NCBI GenBank assembly: GCA_028534125.1
Contig: CM052816.1
Span: forward strand, 76,944,001-77,008,000
Length of the DNA stretch: 64,000 nucleotides
Source of the DNA: Lama glama
Lineage: Eukaryota
Reading direction: 5' to 3'
Shown: positions 36,723 to 49,669 of the stretch, piece after piece
How the letters are laid out: each line of letters opens with the position of its first letter
Position numbering within the stretch: the stretch's first letter is position 1
Notes under the pieces: model-generated
Seen by the model: only the letters and a program-made list of their open reading frames with translations
What the model was told of the DNA's origin: nothing
Databases searched by the model: none
Position numbers and translations under genes: made by a program

Positions 36723-37388
36723 GGCCATTGTACCACTGGGAGTATAGAATGATGCGCCTCTGTAATGAAGGCCCTAGGCTTTTGAGCTTTTTGTATTCTT
36801 GTTTGGTTTTTGTTTTGCCATATCCTTTGTTTACAGTTTTCACATTTCTCTCTGGCCCTGGTGCCAGCTTTTAGCAGATCTTTTATTTGCTGTCTTAAAT
36901 TATTTATGGATTTAAAAATCACATAACCAAACTTACTAGAATTTTTCTACAATGTGAGGAACTAAACCTTGGGTCAGGATGTGAGAGGCTGTTCCATTAA
37001 TAAAGTCCATGAACATGGGACTTGATAAAATCTGATGTGGCTGCCTGGTGATGTAGTAGGAAGAGCATGAGTTTAAGATCAAATAAATGGGGTTTTACAG
37101 CCCAGGTCTGACCCTAACCAGCGAGGCAGTCTGAGCAGATTCTTTATTCAGAGATAATTTTGCTGTTATTAGAGGCAAAGTCCCTGTATAGTACCTAGCA
37201 CATAATGTGTACTCCATAACATAATGCTTTGCAACCTAGGATCTGTTTTTTGTTTCCTTTGTTTGTGTGTATGTGTGTGTGTTTATTTTTTGTTTTTTTG
37301 TTTTGCCACTTTTCAGGTTTTTTGGTTGACTCTGAAAAGTTGAGTCTGCTTAATAACTTGAATTATAGGTTAGTAAGCTGTTACTGTA

Positions 37389-37605
37389 CAGGGTTTTTCA
37401 ATCTCAGCAATATTGACATATTGGGCAAGATAATTATTTGTTTTGGGAGGCTGTCTTGTTCATTTGTGGGTGTTTAGCAGCATCCCTGGCCTCTGCCCAC
37501 CAGAAGCCACTAGCGTACCTCCATCAATTGTCACAAGTAAAAATGTCTCCAAGCATTGCCAAATATTTCCTGGGAGACAGAATCATTCCTGGTTAAGAGC
37601 CACTG
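37389..37605 (-). mobile_element. MER20 hAT DNA transposon, full length
   Basis: cagggtttttcaatctcagcaatattgacat...gtttagcagcatccctggcctct...aaaatgtctccaagcattgccaaat...ggttaagagccactg. Confidence 0.9.
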
Positions 37606-37841
37606 CTGTTAAGTAAAGATCTGTAAGTTTTATTATAAAATTTCTCCAGGTACCTGGCACAAAGTAAATGCTTACTGAATTTAATCAAAATATAATGTGT
37701 CTGAATTTATTGGCAAGCTAGGTTAATAAATATTTATAAACCTGGTGTTCTTTTAAAATCTGTAAGGTCATTAAGTTACAGAGTAAAATTTAGAAAATCT
37801 TAGAAATCTCTAAGAATCACTCTATAGAAAAGAAAATTAGA

Positions 37842-38090
37842 GGGTCGGAAGGGATAAATTAGGAGTTCAAGGTTTACAGATAATAATGTATATAAAATAG
37901 ATAAATAGCAAGTTCATACTGTATAGCACAGGTAACTCTATTCAATATCTTGTAGTAACTCATGGTGAAAGAGAATATGGAAACATGTATGTTTGTGTAT
38001 GACTGAAGCATTATGCTGTACACCAGAAACTGACACAACATTGTAAACTGACTAGACGTCAATAAAAATACATTTAACAAAAGAAAAAAG
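37842..38090 (+). mobile_element. 5'-truncated camelid/cetartiodactyl L1 3' end with A-rich tail
   Basis: gggataaattaggagtt...tactgtatagcacaggtaactctattcaatatcttgta...tgctgtacaccagaaactgacacaacattgtaaactgact...aataaaa; possible TSD aaagaaaattaga/aaagaaaataaga. Confidence 0.85.
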
Positions 38091-38899
38091 AAAGAAAATA
38101 AGAAAAGATTATGATTCCAGGAGGCCAGTTAGGTAGGTAGGAGTTAGTTGGTCACCCTACACTGTGCTCCCGTAACAGGTTATAAATATGTCTACCAAAT
38201 TTTATCTGTTCTTTTGTTATCATAATTATTATTTGTTGTGGGTTACTGTCTTATTAAGCTGAGAATCTGAAATACAAGAAACATGTAGTATTTTTTTTTT
38301 TCACTCTTAATATCCCTCTCTACTCCAAAGCCTGGCACATAAGTATTTAATTAAAGGTATTATATTACATTGGGGTGATTTTGCAGTTTAAATATGAGTT
38401 TTTGTTGTACTAGTGTTTGTTTTGTTTTTAAGTATAGCCTAACTGTTAGGATTAAGTTAATTTAGTAGACATTAGGACTAAAATGTTGTAAAGGATAGAC
38501 TTCATCTCCAGAATTAAACCTCCTTTTAAGGGATGAAGAGAGGGTGCCAGTGATGTGATCCTGTAACCATGTGAATGTCACACACCCATGCTTGCCTTCT
38601 GACATCATTTCTAGATAAAGTAATGAGTTTAACAGACTGCTGATGAACATAATCTTAGTATTCTAATTTTAAAACTGACAACGTGCTCATAATCTAAAAA
38701 CCTGCTTTTAAAGATGAAAATGTTTCAGTTCTTTCACATTCTAAAAGTTCTCTTTTTCTGTATTTAATCTTATATATGAAAAGCTTCAGAGGAATCTTTG
38801 TTTTGTTATGTTTTTAAAAAAACTTCAAACTCATATAAGCTAAATATAGAAATTAAAGTAGTACTTTATTAAATATGTATTTATATTTCTATATAAATA

Positions 38900-39560
38900 T
38901 AAATTAAATATAAAAAATTAAAAACAATATATCATAAAAAATGAAAGTCCTTTTTCACATATCCTTCCCATCCACCTCCCCACTCTAAAAAAATACCATT
39001 CCCGAAAGGTAACCACTAGAAGTTTATCCTTCTCTGGTATAGTTTTAAGTGTGTGTGTATGTCAGTGAGTTGTGAGAAGGAAATAAGCTAGACAAAAAGA
39101 AGTGTTTAATATAATAATACTCAGTTTATTTACCATTTATTATTATATATGTATACACAAAGGTTTTTTAATGAGATCATTAAATTTATTGATTTGTAGT
39201 TTGCTTTTCCACTTCTGTGTATCAGAGTCCTTTTCTTTTCTATAAATGTAGATCTGCTTTTTTATAGCTGCATATGTGCTGCATACCATCCATATGTATG
39301 TCATGTATAATGATCCAAATATACATACAGACATACATATATGCATAATACATATATCATAATTTATTTAATCATTCCACCATTGAAAAAACACAAGTTT
39401 TTCTTACATTTTACTGTTTTAAATAATGCATTAGTAACACTCTTCTGTAGTTTTTGTGCAGAATAGAATTTTAGGAGTGATTATTTAGCCAAGAGCATTT
39501 ATACTTTTTATTTTAAAGCCTACTTATAAATTGCCTTCTGAAAGACTATTCTGTGGAATT
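38900..39560 (-). mobile_element. Old L1ME-type 3' region
   Basis: aaggtaaccactag...tttatttaatcattccaccattga...ttttaggagtgattatttagcc...aattgccttctgaaag. Confidence 0.5.
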
Positions 39561-42500
39561 TTAACTTGTGATAAGATTTTTTTAAAGTTTAGGTTATTCT
39601 GTCTGTTGCTTAATGAAGAGAACTGTTCATTTAGCCTTTAGGGTGATAGAAGTAAAATGGGAATAGCATTTAACTGCCTGATTTTAACTGATCATTATAT
39701 ATTTTTTTAAGTTATTACATTTAATAAGTATCTCAGACATTTTTATTACCTAGAGATGTGTTAGACTTCTATTTTAACTTTGTCAGAGTAGAATATTGTT
39801 GATAGCCCCTTTTGAATATTTTAGTATTTATGAGAAAGTTCTATGGATTAATTATAACAAATACATTGATTGACTCATGTTGGACATGGATTTTAATAAG
39901 CAAAACATCATACCAGTGACATGGTATCAAAACCTTTACCCCATTTAAAAGTAAGGCATTATGTAGTAGTGTTTGTTTTGTTCATATTAAAAATTTAAAT
40001 TTAATAGTTATGCTCATAAAATAATTGTGAACTTTTGATGATACTGAATGCTTAAGTTGGTTTATAAGTAACAAATTCAACAAACCTAATTCAACTGAGC
40101 TGAGGTAAAACCAAGTTATTTGCTCTCATGATGAGGAAGACCATATGTCAGGTCTTAATTTGAGACAGAGCAATCCAGGGGTTGAGGAAAAAATGTTAAT
40201 TGCATCCTGTCCCTCCATTTCTCAGCTCTTTTCTTTTAGGTTATCTCTATTCTCAAACACTTTCCATATGACTAAGATACATCATCTTTATAGCTTTCAG
40301 TTGTGAAAGAAAAGGGTTGCTCTTTCTTACAACTTCTTTGTGAACTCTGACCTGTTTGTTCAACATTAAGCTATAGGTATTGTGATTGGTAGTCATAAAA
40401 ACATGAAGGATAGGGAGCCATAGAACCCCAATGAAATGTGTGGTATCTAATAACTTAGCATTTTAAGTGACTGTTAGGATGCTGATTCTTACATTTTGAA
40501 AGATCTTTAATGATTTCTAAATGTTAACAGTAATTTATTCTTAAAATTAACAAACCTATTCGATAGGGCAGGCATTATTACAGTTTAATAAGTTATACAG
40601 GAGATAGGAAGTTACCAGTAATGTCTAAGGTAGAATTGAAGATATTGGTGCCTAATGGCTGAAGGTTAATTAGTAATTCAGTCAGTAGTTGAGGCGGAAT
40701 GAGATTCCCATTGTTTAAATTTACCAATTCAGTGTTCTTGCTATTTCTTCTTGCCTCTTTCCTAGAGTTAGGAGTTTAAAGGGTTTGATTTGTAGGGTTT
40801 GTTTATTTAAATCAGGAGATGATTAATAAGGTAGTGAGTCAGTCACTACAAGGATTTTATATTAAAATAATTAATTCTTATTCCTAATATTTTGAAACTT
40901 AATATATGAACTCCTGGTATGAAAATTGGAAGTGTGATATTTCTTTGATAATTGAAAATTCAGGATCTTATCAGTGTATTCTTTAATTTCTTATTCCTGA
41001 TACATAGAAAATTTTCTATAGGTTTAGTCTCTGCTTGGGATAATTCTAATTCAAAAGGGATATTTTCATTTAAGACTGATTAAAGAGGCCTTCTTCTGTA
41101 ATTCTGAAAACAACATGAAAGCAGTTTAATCACTATTGAAAGCATAACCCTAATGTCTATTACTATTCCTGCAAAATAGCAACTGATTATGACAAATATG
41201 CTGTTTCATTGTAAATTATTTTTTAGTTGTTAGTTGTGATTTTCCAGTTCCCAACTGAATGTACATTTTTCTCAGAAATATTTCTTGCAATTAAAATACA
41301 TTTATATTAGGTATTAGAAAATGAAACAATAGTAGAAAATGAAACAACTTTCTCAATACTTCACAAATTGTGTGCTTTTTAGGTTTCGTAATAATAACTG
41401 AATTTTTTTTTTTTACCTATTCATCAAAACTGCTAATTCTAGAAAATGTTAAATGGTGAAGTCATATGTTTTGTGGTCTGAGAAGGTGGGTAATTTGGAA
41501 ATTATGTTTCTCTGAGTCTGTATTTTTCTGCAAGGATATATGACAAGTGTAACAAAGAAAATACAGAAAGAGAGAACCAAGTACATACTTAGGGTAGAAG
41601 CGAACTCTTGATAGGATAGGATTTTGTATACTTTATTTCTGGGTTTCAAAGCATTTCATTTTATTAACATCCATTACTGCTGTAGCAGAAGAATGGAAGC
41701 ACTGCCTTAGAAATTGAGTTGATATGTATAAATCATTGTTTTAAGAAAGTAACACTTTTTCTATTTTAAAAGCATAATATTTTATATATTGATAATAAAT
41801 TCTAAGCTTCATTTTTCTATTAATTATGAATTAGAATATGTCCAAGGTCTAAGTAAACACCATGATAAGGAGTTCTTTTCCTTTTCTTTTTTATTGATAC
41901 ATAGAGCCATACAGTGACAATGCTAGTAATCTGAAATATCTCAGGAATCTCAAATGAGTACTAAATTATTTTTAGTAGTGATGAGTATCTTTTTGTGTGT
42001 GTTTTAATCCTTTGAAATGGGCAGTATTTGTATGTGTGTTTTCAGTTAGCTGTTCTGGGAAAAAAAAGAACAGTTAAATTCACTTACCCATTTTATGTGT
42101 TTATAACCAAAGAGTGTGTGTGGTTCTCTAGACTCTTGATTCATACCACTTTTGAGTCTAGAGAAATGAAATAAGATGGTAATGGTCAGTTATTCTTTTT
42201 TTTTTTTAAATCCAAAGTCCTTCCCTGCCATGTAAATAATTTTAATACAAAAGTGTAGTAACATTTCACTGGGCTCTGGACTCAGACTGGTTTGGTTTGA
42301 CTTCTGGCTTTACCGCTTATTAGCTTTGTGGCCTTTGGAAGTCGTATTACGGTTTCTAGCCTCGGTTGTCTTCATTTACCAAAATATTACTTACTTTCTA
42401 GGGTTGACAAGATTAATAGTCAATAAATGCTACTTCTGTTACTATTCATGCATACTGTATATGTAATGACTCTTCCCAGATTATTTAAGTAGCCATTCAT

Positions 42501-43039
42501 TGTAAACAGTTATAAAATACAGAAAGCAAAATAAATCACCTATGATTGCACTTTCATTTTTTGATGCTAAAATGCTGATGTGTAGACTTAGTAAATCAAC
42601 TACACTTCAATAAAAATAAAGAAATGTAATTGTTGATTAGAGATTTTTGAAAAGTACTTAAAATGTGTATCTTTTTTAGAAATGTACATTTTTTAGAATA
42701 TTCTCCCTAATTTACCAGTACTTTTGCAGGTTTTCCCTTGTGTTTTAGTATTATATAATATTAACAGCTGCATTAGGTTCTTCCTTTATGAGCATTTTGT
42801 TTCCAGTTCCTTGTTATTGTAGGTAATGTTATAAGGATCTTGTGCTTGAACCAACTTTACATTTTAAATTATTAATACAAATCACCAAAAGAAGACCCTG
42901 ATTTTGGTGCATTTTTCCCAACTTATTTTAGAATATGTGTTTAGTTTATAGTTCTATCAGCAGTGTATTTTCTTATCTAGTATAATCATGTTAAGAAACA
43001 GTTTCTTGCCAATTTGATAATAAGTTTTATTTAAATGGC

Positions 43040-43670
43040 ATTTTTCAATGTGTATAAATCTATATAAATCCAGCAAAATATCCTCTAAAAACATATGTGG
43101 GAAAAAAATCATTTCCAGACAAACAAAAACCAAAGGAATCTATTTCCAGCAACCTTGGCTATAAATTAAACAAATGAGGACACCTATAAAACAAACAAAT
43201 CAACAACAACAAACTGAGAATTCTGTAGGCAGAAGGGAGAATATCATACATTTACCACTGGAGTGAAGAGTAATGGAAATGGTGAATTTGTGAGTAAATA
43301 TAAATTGATATTGACTAAATATTAACTAAAATAAAAATAATGTCTTACAGAGCTCGAAAGATAGGTAGGAAAGTACAACAAAGTGAAAGGTAGGAGGAGT
43401 TAAGGTGTTGAAATGAAATTAAAGTGTTGAAAGAGTCGCATTGTTGAGGACATGGTATAATAATTTCTATCAGAATAATAAGTCAGCAGTGCTTGTTGTA
43501 ATCTCTGTGGTAACCACTAAAAGAATAGGTTTTAAAACAGTTAAAGTGTTGTGTGGAGGAAAATAAATAAAAAAAAAGAATTAATTCAAACAAAGGCAAT
43601 AAACCTAAAACTGTCAGAGCAAATAAAAAAACTAAAGATGGTAGAAATAAATCTGCATATTTGGACAATA
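43040..43670 (+). mobile_element. Old L1 ORF1-end/inter-ORF/ORF2-start segment
   Basis: atccagcaaaatatcctc...atttccagacaaacaaaaac...gttgtaatctctgtggtaaccactaaaagaatag...aaagatggtagaaataaat. Confidence 0.7.
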
Positions 43671-43792
43671 GAATCAGATAGTTTTCAAAAATTTATTAAA
43701 GATACCTTATTTTCCAGTCTAAAAATGTAATGTATATAAATAGACAAAAATATATAACACATGTATGCATGCTTATTTTCTTTTTCTGACAG

Positions 43793-43857
43793 CTTCTTTG
43801 TGATATTGGCCACAGTGAAGAAAAACTGGGTTTTAACTATGAGGATATAATAATTTG
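43793..43857 (+). CDS. RICTOR: RICTOR exon 4 (LLCDIGHSEEKLGFNYEDIII-C)
   Basis: Acceptor ttttctttttctgacag|, 65 nt, donor |gtaagt. Confidence 0.97.
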
Positions 43858-44703
43858 GTAAGTATAGTTTAGTTCCTTCCCTTATCTCCTGGATTTTAGT
43901 AATTTCAATTTTAGTAATTTTAAACTAAAAATAGGATAGCGTAACACCTCATATTTGATTTTATAAAAACAGTTTGAACATTAGAAAAATTCGGATCCCC
44001 AATATTTTTAACTATTATCTTGTTCTTACTGATATTTTGTAATTATCAAATATAAAGAACCAAAACTAAAGTTGAAAAGTACCTGGACTTTGTAATTTAA
44101 AGTTCTAAGATAAATCACAGAATTAAAGTTCTCATAATATTTCCAGGGACAAGAAGAACCTGTATAGTTATCTCTGGATCTCACCTAGGACAAGGTGTGC
44201 TTATGGCAGACTTTATTTTCTCAAGCCCATCAATAGAGGCATAATGTTACGGTTTCACAGCTCTTTTTTGGTGTGCTTAGGAATTAAAATAGAAGTAAAC
44301 AGTCTCTGTCTACTGTCATTATAAAGTATTTTTATTTATTGGTTTAATTAAGTAATTCTTTGAGAGGAGTGAAACAAGTATATGTAGACAGAGGAGGAAT
44401 AGATTATAGAGGCATATGTGGTACAGCTTGAAAAAGACATTTAATTTCCCATTGTTTATATAAAATCAACTACAGAAGGTAGATCAAAATTCAGTAACAT
44501 TTTCTTGATTGGTAAGACTGTACCAAGGAGGTACAGATTAAAAAATACTGATATTAGTGAAGTTCTGTGGCTTACAGTGAATGATTTTTATATATGTAAA
44601 ATGACAAGTAGCTTAGCTTATTTCAACTGAGGAAAGATTTGGTACCATAATTTTATGTGTATTTGAAACTCATGCAGCCAGACTTCTTTTTGTTTTCATA
44701 CAG

Positions 44704-44835
44704 TTTGCGGTTAGCTTTATTGAATGAAGCAAAAGAAGTGCGAGCAGCGGGGCTACGAGCTCTTCGATATCTCATCCAAGACTCCAGTATTCTGCAGAAG
44801 GTGCTAAAATTGAAAGTGGACTATTTAATAGCTAG
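44704..44835 (+). CDS. RICTOR: RICTOR exon 5 (CLRLALLNEAKEVRAAGLRALRYLIQDSSILQKVLKLKVDYLIA-R)
   Basis: Acceptor ttttcatacag|, 132 nt, donor AG|gtaatt; overlaps ORF-track 44657..44839. Confidence 0.98.
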
Positions 44836-44869
44836 GTAATTTTCCTAGAGCTCTCTGTTTTTAAATGTT

Positions 44870-47135
44870 TTTTAAATTGTTTATTAAGTTTTAGCATACC
44901 TACCATAAAGTATACAGATTTTTACAGATAGATACAACCAAATACTCGATTATCCCAAGGAAGCTACAGAACATTTTCAGCTTCCCGATAAAGTTCCCTT
45001 GTCTCCAACCAGTAGTAAACATTACACTGACTTTTCTGATTGTATACTACATTTTCCTGTTCTTGAGTATCATATATTGGAAGTATACATCGTTACTCTT
45101 TGCTTTCCTCAATTATCTGTGAGATTTATCCATGTTGATTTTTAAAAAAAATTTCTGTGTAGTATTTCATGTTATGAGTAGAGCACAATTTACTTAATCC
45201 ATTCTATTGATGATTTTTTTTCTGGGTTGTTTTTAGTGTTTGCCTGTTTTAAGTGAAGCTGCCCTGAACATTCTTGTACAAGTTTGTTGGACATATGCAC
45301 TCATTTTTCCTAGATATATATGTAGGAGTGGAATTACTGGGTGATAAAGTTTATGTGTAATTAACTTAAGTAGTTACTGCCAGTTTTCCAGAGTGATTGT
45401 ACTGATTTACACTCCCACCAGCAGTGTTTGAGAATTCCAGTCTCTCCACATCCTCATCGGCATTTGCTGTTTACAGTTTTTAATTATACCCTTTTCTAGC
45501 TGTAGTTTTCATTGTGAGTTTCATAATAGTTTTAATTTTCCCCTTTCATTGCTTGTTGACTATTTGGGTATCTTCTTTGTCTTCTGCTCATTCATAAGTT
45601 AGATTGTCTATCCTGCTGTGTAGGAGTTCGTGATGTCTTCTGGATATGATTCCTTTCAAGTTTACATATTGAGAATATTTTCTCCAAGTTAGTCTCAATT
45701 GATAAAATCCAATTTAGCAGTCTTTAATAGTTAATGCTTTTGGTCTCTATAGAAGATATTATCCTATATTTTCTTCTAAAGTTTTTATTCCTTACATATT
45801 AAAGTAGGTGTCATGTCACAACTCATTTTTGTCTTTATAGATATCCAATAAACATCAACATTTATTGAAAAGATTTTCCTTTCATATCTAAATTGTTTAA
45901 GTTTTGTTGTAAATTGGGTAACTGATACGTAGGGATCTACTTTGGTGTTCTCTGTTCTCTTTTTTGGGTCTATTTGTCTATTTTTTGTCCCATTTTCTAA
46001 CTGTTTTAAATTACTGCAGCTTGACAATAAGTGTTAATATCTATTAATGTGAGCCCTCCAGTTTTTCTTCTTCAAGTCTCTCTTGGCTATTTTGGATTCT
46101 GTATTGTGTACGTTTTATTTTATGTATTCATTTTTTTTAAAGTGTATTTTATTTATTTTGGGGGAGTGAGGGGAGGTAATTAGGTATTTTAGTATTTGTT
46201 TATTCTTAGAGGAGGTACTGGGGATTGAACCCAGGACCTCACGTGTGCTAAGCATGCGCTCTACCACTTGAGCTATACATACTCCCCCACAAATAACATA
46301 AGAGTTACTTATAGCCCTCTTATGACAACTTTAATATGTGAATCGCTTGTGTTCTCTTTCTGTTGTCATTTTTTCCCTTGATTTTTGGTTACCTCACACT
46401 TTGTTTTAAAGCATACCTCATATTATTATGTGATTGGATGTGAACATTGTGTATTCAAAGTTTTTGGCTCTGGATCATGTTATTTTTTTCTTAAAGGACT
46501 TAAGTTTTATTCTGGAATGTTGGCTTATCACCCTGATTCTGTTAAAATTTGGTTTTACCTTTGCCTTTGCTCCAGGAAGTGGCTGTTGGGAATCTCAAGC
46601 GAAAGTGAAGAGGTTTAGCAGAATCTCTTCATCATGACCAACCTTGAGCCCTGACATCTTTCTTAGAATATTATGTACCTGCTGAAGTTTCTGCTCAGTT
46701 CCTTAGCTTCTCAGCAGTAGCCTTCTGCTTGGTTTCTTGAACTTTAACCTTGCATTTGCAAAACTTAGAAACTGGCAAGTGCCTTGGAAAGAGGATTGTA
46801 TGCAGATTCTTGCTTACTTTCCTGTTTTCTTTTCTCTGAGCTTTTTTTCCTTCAAGTCACAGACACTTTGGCTTCCCTAAAGTTCAGTCTGTCTCTCCAG
46901 TCCAGTAGGACTTTTGCTTTCTTCAAGGACTCTATTCCCCTAAAACTTGGACAAAGCCTGGGTGTCCCCAGGGACAGAGTCTGGGCGGATGTGGAGCTTG
47001 TGCTTCTCTTTCCGGGGATTTTATCCATTGCCTTTTTAACAGCTACTCTATAAAGTACTTTGTTTAACCTTTATAGTTATTTTTGGCAAGAGAGTTGGTC
47101 TGATCCAAACTTCTCTGTTTGTAGCCAGATCTGTG
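44870..47135 (-). mobile_element. Old L1 (antisense): 3'UTR/ORF2 end (44870-46110) and 5'/ORF1-like segment (46290-47135)
   Basis: gctgccctgaacattcttgtacaag...taggagtggaattactgggt...atttacactcccaccagcagtg...ttgaaaagattttccttt. Confidence 0.75.
46113..46288 (-). mobile_element. Camelid tRNA-Ala-derived SINE (Vic-1-like), copy 2
   Basis: ggaggtaattaggt...ggaggtactggggattgaacccaggacc...gtgctaagcatgcgctctaccacttgagctata; sense strand reads cgcatgcttAGCac (tRNA-Ala AGC anticodon arm). Confidence 0.85.
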
Positions 47136-47890
47136 TCTATTTACTTCTTAATAAAATTGCTTTAGATTAATTATATTCAGATAGCAGAAATGCTTTTTGA
47201 GGAGCAAATTATTTGTCTGTCTATATATGAACTATTGATTAGAATAGTGAACTGTCTAATCATAAGTAAAAATAAAATATTTTGCTATATAAACCAAAGA
47301 CTCTTTAGAAATTGAATAATAAATTTTATAGAGAAATGTCAGTGAAGTAATATTTGAGCATTAATTTTTGAAGTACATTTAGATTTCAGTTTATGTTTTG
47401 GTAAAGTAGAATTATTATAGCCAATATAAGACTTAGAACTTAGTCATAATATATAAAATTTAAGTTCTGGTTAAAATCACAATTTAATTAAAACATAGAC
47501 TTGAATTATTTTCCCTTCACAATTTTTATAAAAATATCTGTGAACTTTATCATAGGTGAGTATTTTTTCAGTGGATTTTGAAAAAATATTACTTTGCTCT
47601 ATGAGTATGTTTATTATTTCTGTATAAATGTATGTAATTCTGTAAATTACTTACTGTATTCTTCTTTCCTGGGGTTTTAAATAGTTTTGAAATGTTTTAT
47701 TATAACAAGTATTTATCATTAAAGAGATACAAATTAACTAAATAAATACCTACTGGTACTGAAAAAATTATATGTATTAAAATTTAAAAATACTGTATTG
47801 ATATTATGAAGATGGGTCTTCTCTAGTGATATTATATAAAAATTGTTTATTAAGATTTTTATCAGTAATTAAATATTTTGTATTATTTAG

Positions 47891-47954
47891 GTGCATTGAC
47901 ATACAGCAGAGCAACGAGGTAGAGAGGACACAAGCACTTCGATTAGTCAGAAAG
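47891..47954 (+). CDS. RICTOR: RICTOR exon 6 (RCIDIQQSNEVERTQALRLVRK)
   Basis: Acceptor tattatttag|, 64 nt, donor AAG|gtaggc. Confidence 0.97.
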
Positions 47955-48682
47955 GTAGGCTCTATGTCTGAGAGTAAAGGTACATTTATGATTTTCATGT
48001 TCAGTATTTTAGATTTTTAGATTTAGACTGCTTTGTGAAATCTTTCTATTTAAAGGTTGGATTCTCTTTAAACATTTTTATTTTGTTAAAATTATATATA
48101 AGTTCTAAGTCTATTCAACTTCAAGGTAAACAAATATTTTGTGTAATTATTCTGTTTGATTGGGTATAGGGAGGACAGTATTTTTTATAAAAATGTTCAT
48201 CGTAAAAGTATTTCTTCCTTTAGTGGACATGTAAATGAAATTCTACATTGATATGTTGTTGGAGAAAAAAGATTACTTGCTCCTTACCCTGATTTTTTCT
48301 TAATTGTATGCTTGGAGTTAATACTATGCAATGGGTGTCAAAAGTTACAAGCTGTTTGTTTTGAAGATGAATTTGGATACAATCAGCAGGCAGCTGGAAT
48401 AAACAATCCAGACTATTATATCGGGTAAAAAGTCAAAATCTAAACTCTGCAAAAGAGGATGTTAAGAAATAATCCATATTGCTTCTAATGAGAGGCCTTC
48501 AAAGAATTTATTGTTGTTAATTAATGTAGTGTGATGCCATAATGGCAGAGGACTAGAAGGAACTGAGAGTTAACCTGGTTAAGATACAGCTTGTGTAAGA
48601 ATTTTATTATGTTTCATCCTAAAAATTTATAGGACTTGTGCAGTGTATGTTTGTTTTAATGTGAATACCCCTAAAATTATTT

Positions 48683-48834
48683 TTATTATTTTAACTTTTT
48701 TTAAAGTGTTTTTTTGGGGGGGAGGTAATTAGGTTTTTATTTTATTTATCTTTAATGGAGGTACTGGGGATTGAACCCAGGACCTTGTGCATGCTAGGCA
48801 TGCACTGTACCACTGAGCTATACGCTCCCCCCAG
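48683..48834 (-). mobile_element. Camelid tRNA-Ala-derived SINE (Vic-1-like), copy 3, with perfect 16-bp TSD
   Basis: Intact A/B boxes (antisense ccactgagcta, ggattgaacc); TSD acccctaaaattattt at 48667-48682 and 48835-48850. Confidence 0.9.
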
Positions 48835-49304
48835 ACCCCTAAAATTATTTAACAATTAACTTTTTTAGCTCTTCTTCTCTTTCCCCACCTTTGAATCCAG
48901 CGCATGCTCCAGGGTTGTGGAATGTTGAGTTTGTGCCTTAAGTAGATACCCTCTTCTTTTTCCTTCCAGTTGTCTAGCTTATGGTTAGTAATAGTACCCA
49001 CAGGTGCGCATAGTAAGGAAGAAATAAATGGATGAGTTATCTTGAAAGAAGTTTGCAATTCTAGTAAGAGTGATATTGGAAATAGATTAAACATTTTTTG
49101 CTATAGGTAAATTGTTATGTTGGCACTGTGATTTAATGCCTTATATTTAAATTCAAAAATTAGGTTTATGGTTTTTACTTATTCATACAACCTCTTGGCT
49201 GCCATGATTTTGAGAATTTAAGATAAGAAAACAAAATTTATTTCTGAAGAACCTAAAGTAACTCTTTGATTATTGAAGTTAATATATACATCAGTACTTA
49301 TCAT

Positions 49305-49669
49305 ACTAGGAATTTAAAATGAGATATTAAAAATATATTAATTATTAAAATGGCAAGTTCATTACAAGTAAACATAAAACATAAATTTTCCAAAAAGAAA
49401 ATTAGTGAGTAGAGTGGCATTTTAGATTTTTGCAAATCTCTAAAGAGTATTTGTCCTGATAGAAGATAGCTAGATTGTAATATTTGCTTCTGCATTCAGT
49501 CTGTTGTGAATCACATGCAATAGAGCCTCTGGAAAACTTCCATATATACTTGTGAGAGAATGAGAGTAAAAAAGATATAATGTATTTGTGTTACTATGAA
49601 AATAGTTTTAACTTTGCAGAATCTCTGAAAATATCCTCAATTTCCTGGACCACAGTTTGAGAGTTGCTG
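49305..49669 (+). mobile_element. MER119-like hAT-Charlie fragment
   Basis: ttagtgagtagagtggcatt...tctgcattcagtctgttgtga...tatgaaaatagttttaacttt...ggaccacagtttgagagttgctg. Confidence 0.65.

Noticed and set aside
41315..41347. tagaaaatgaaacaa repeated with period 18 (also agtagaatg x2 near 59644)
   Set aside because: Short A-rich slippage duplications with no evident significance.
46200..46288. tRNA-Ala-like sequence with A and B boxes
   Set aside because: It is the head of a SINE (three copies, AT-rich tail, TSDs in two copies) without a proper acceptor stem, so not a tRNA gene.
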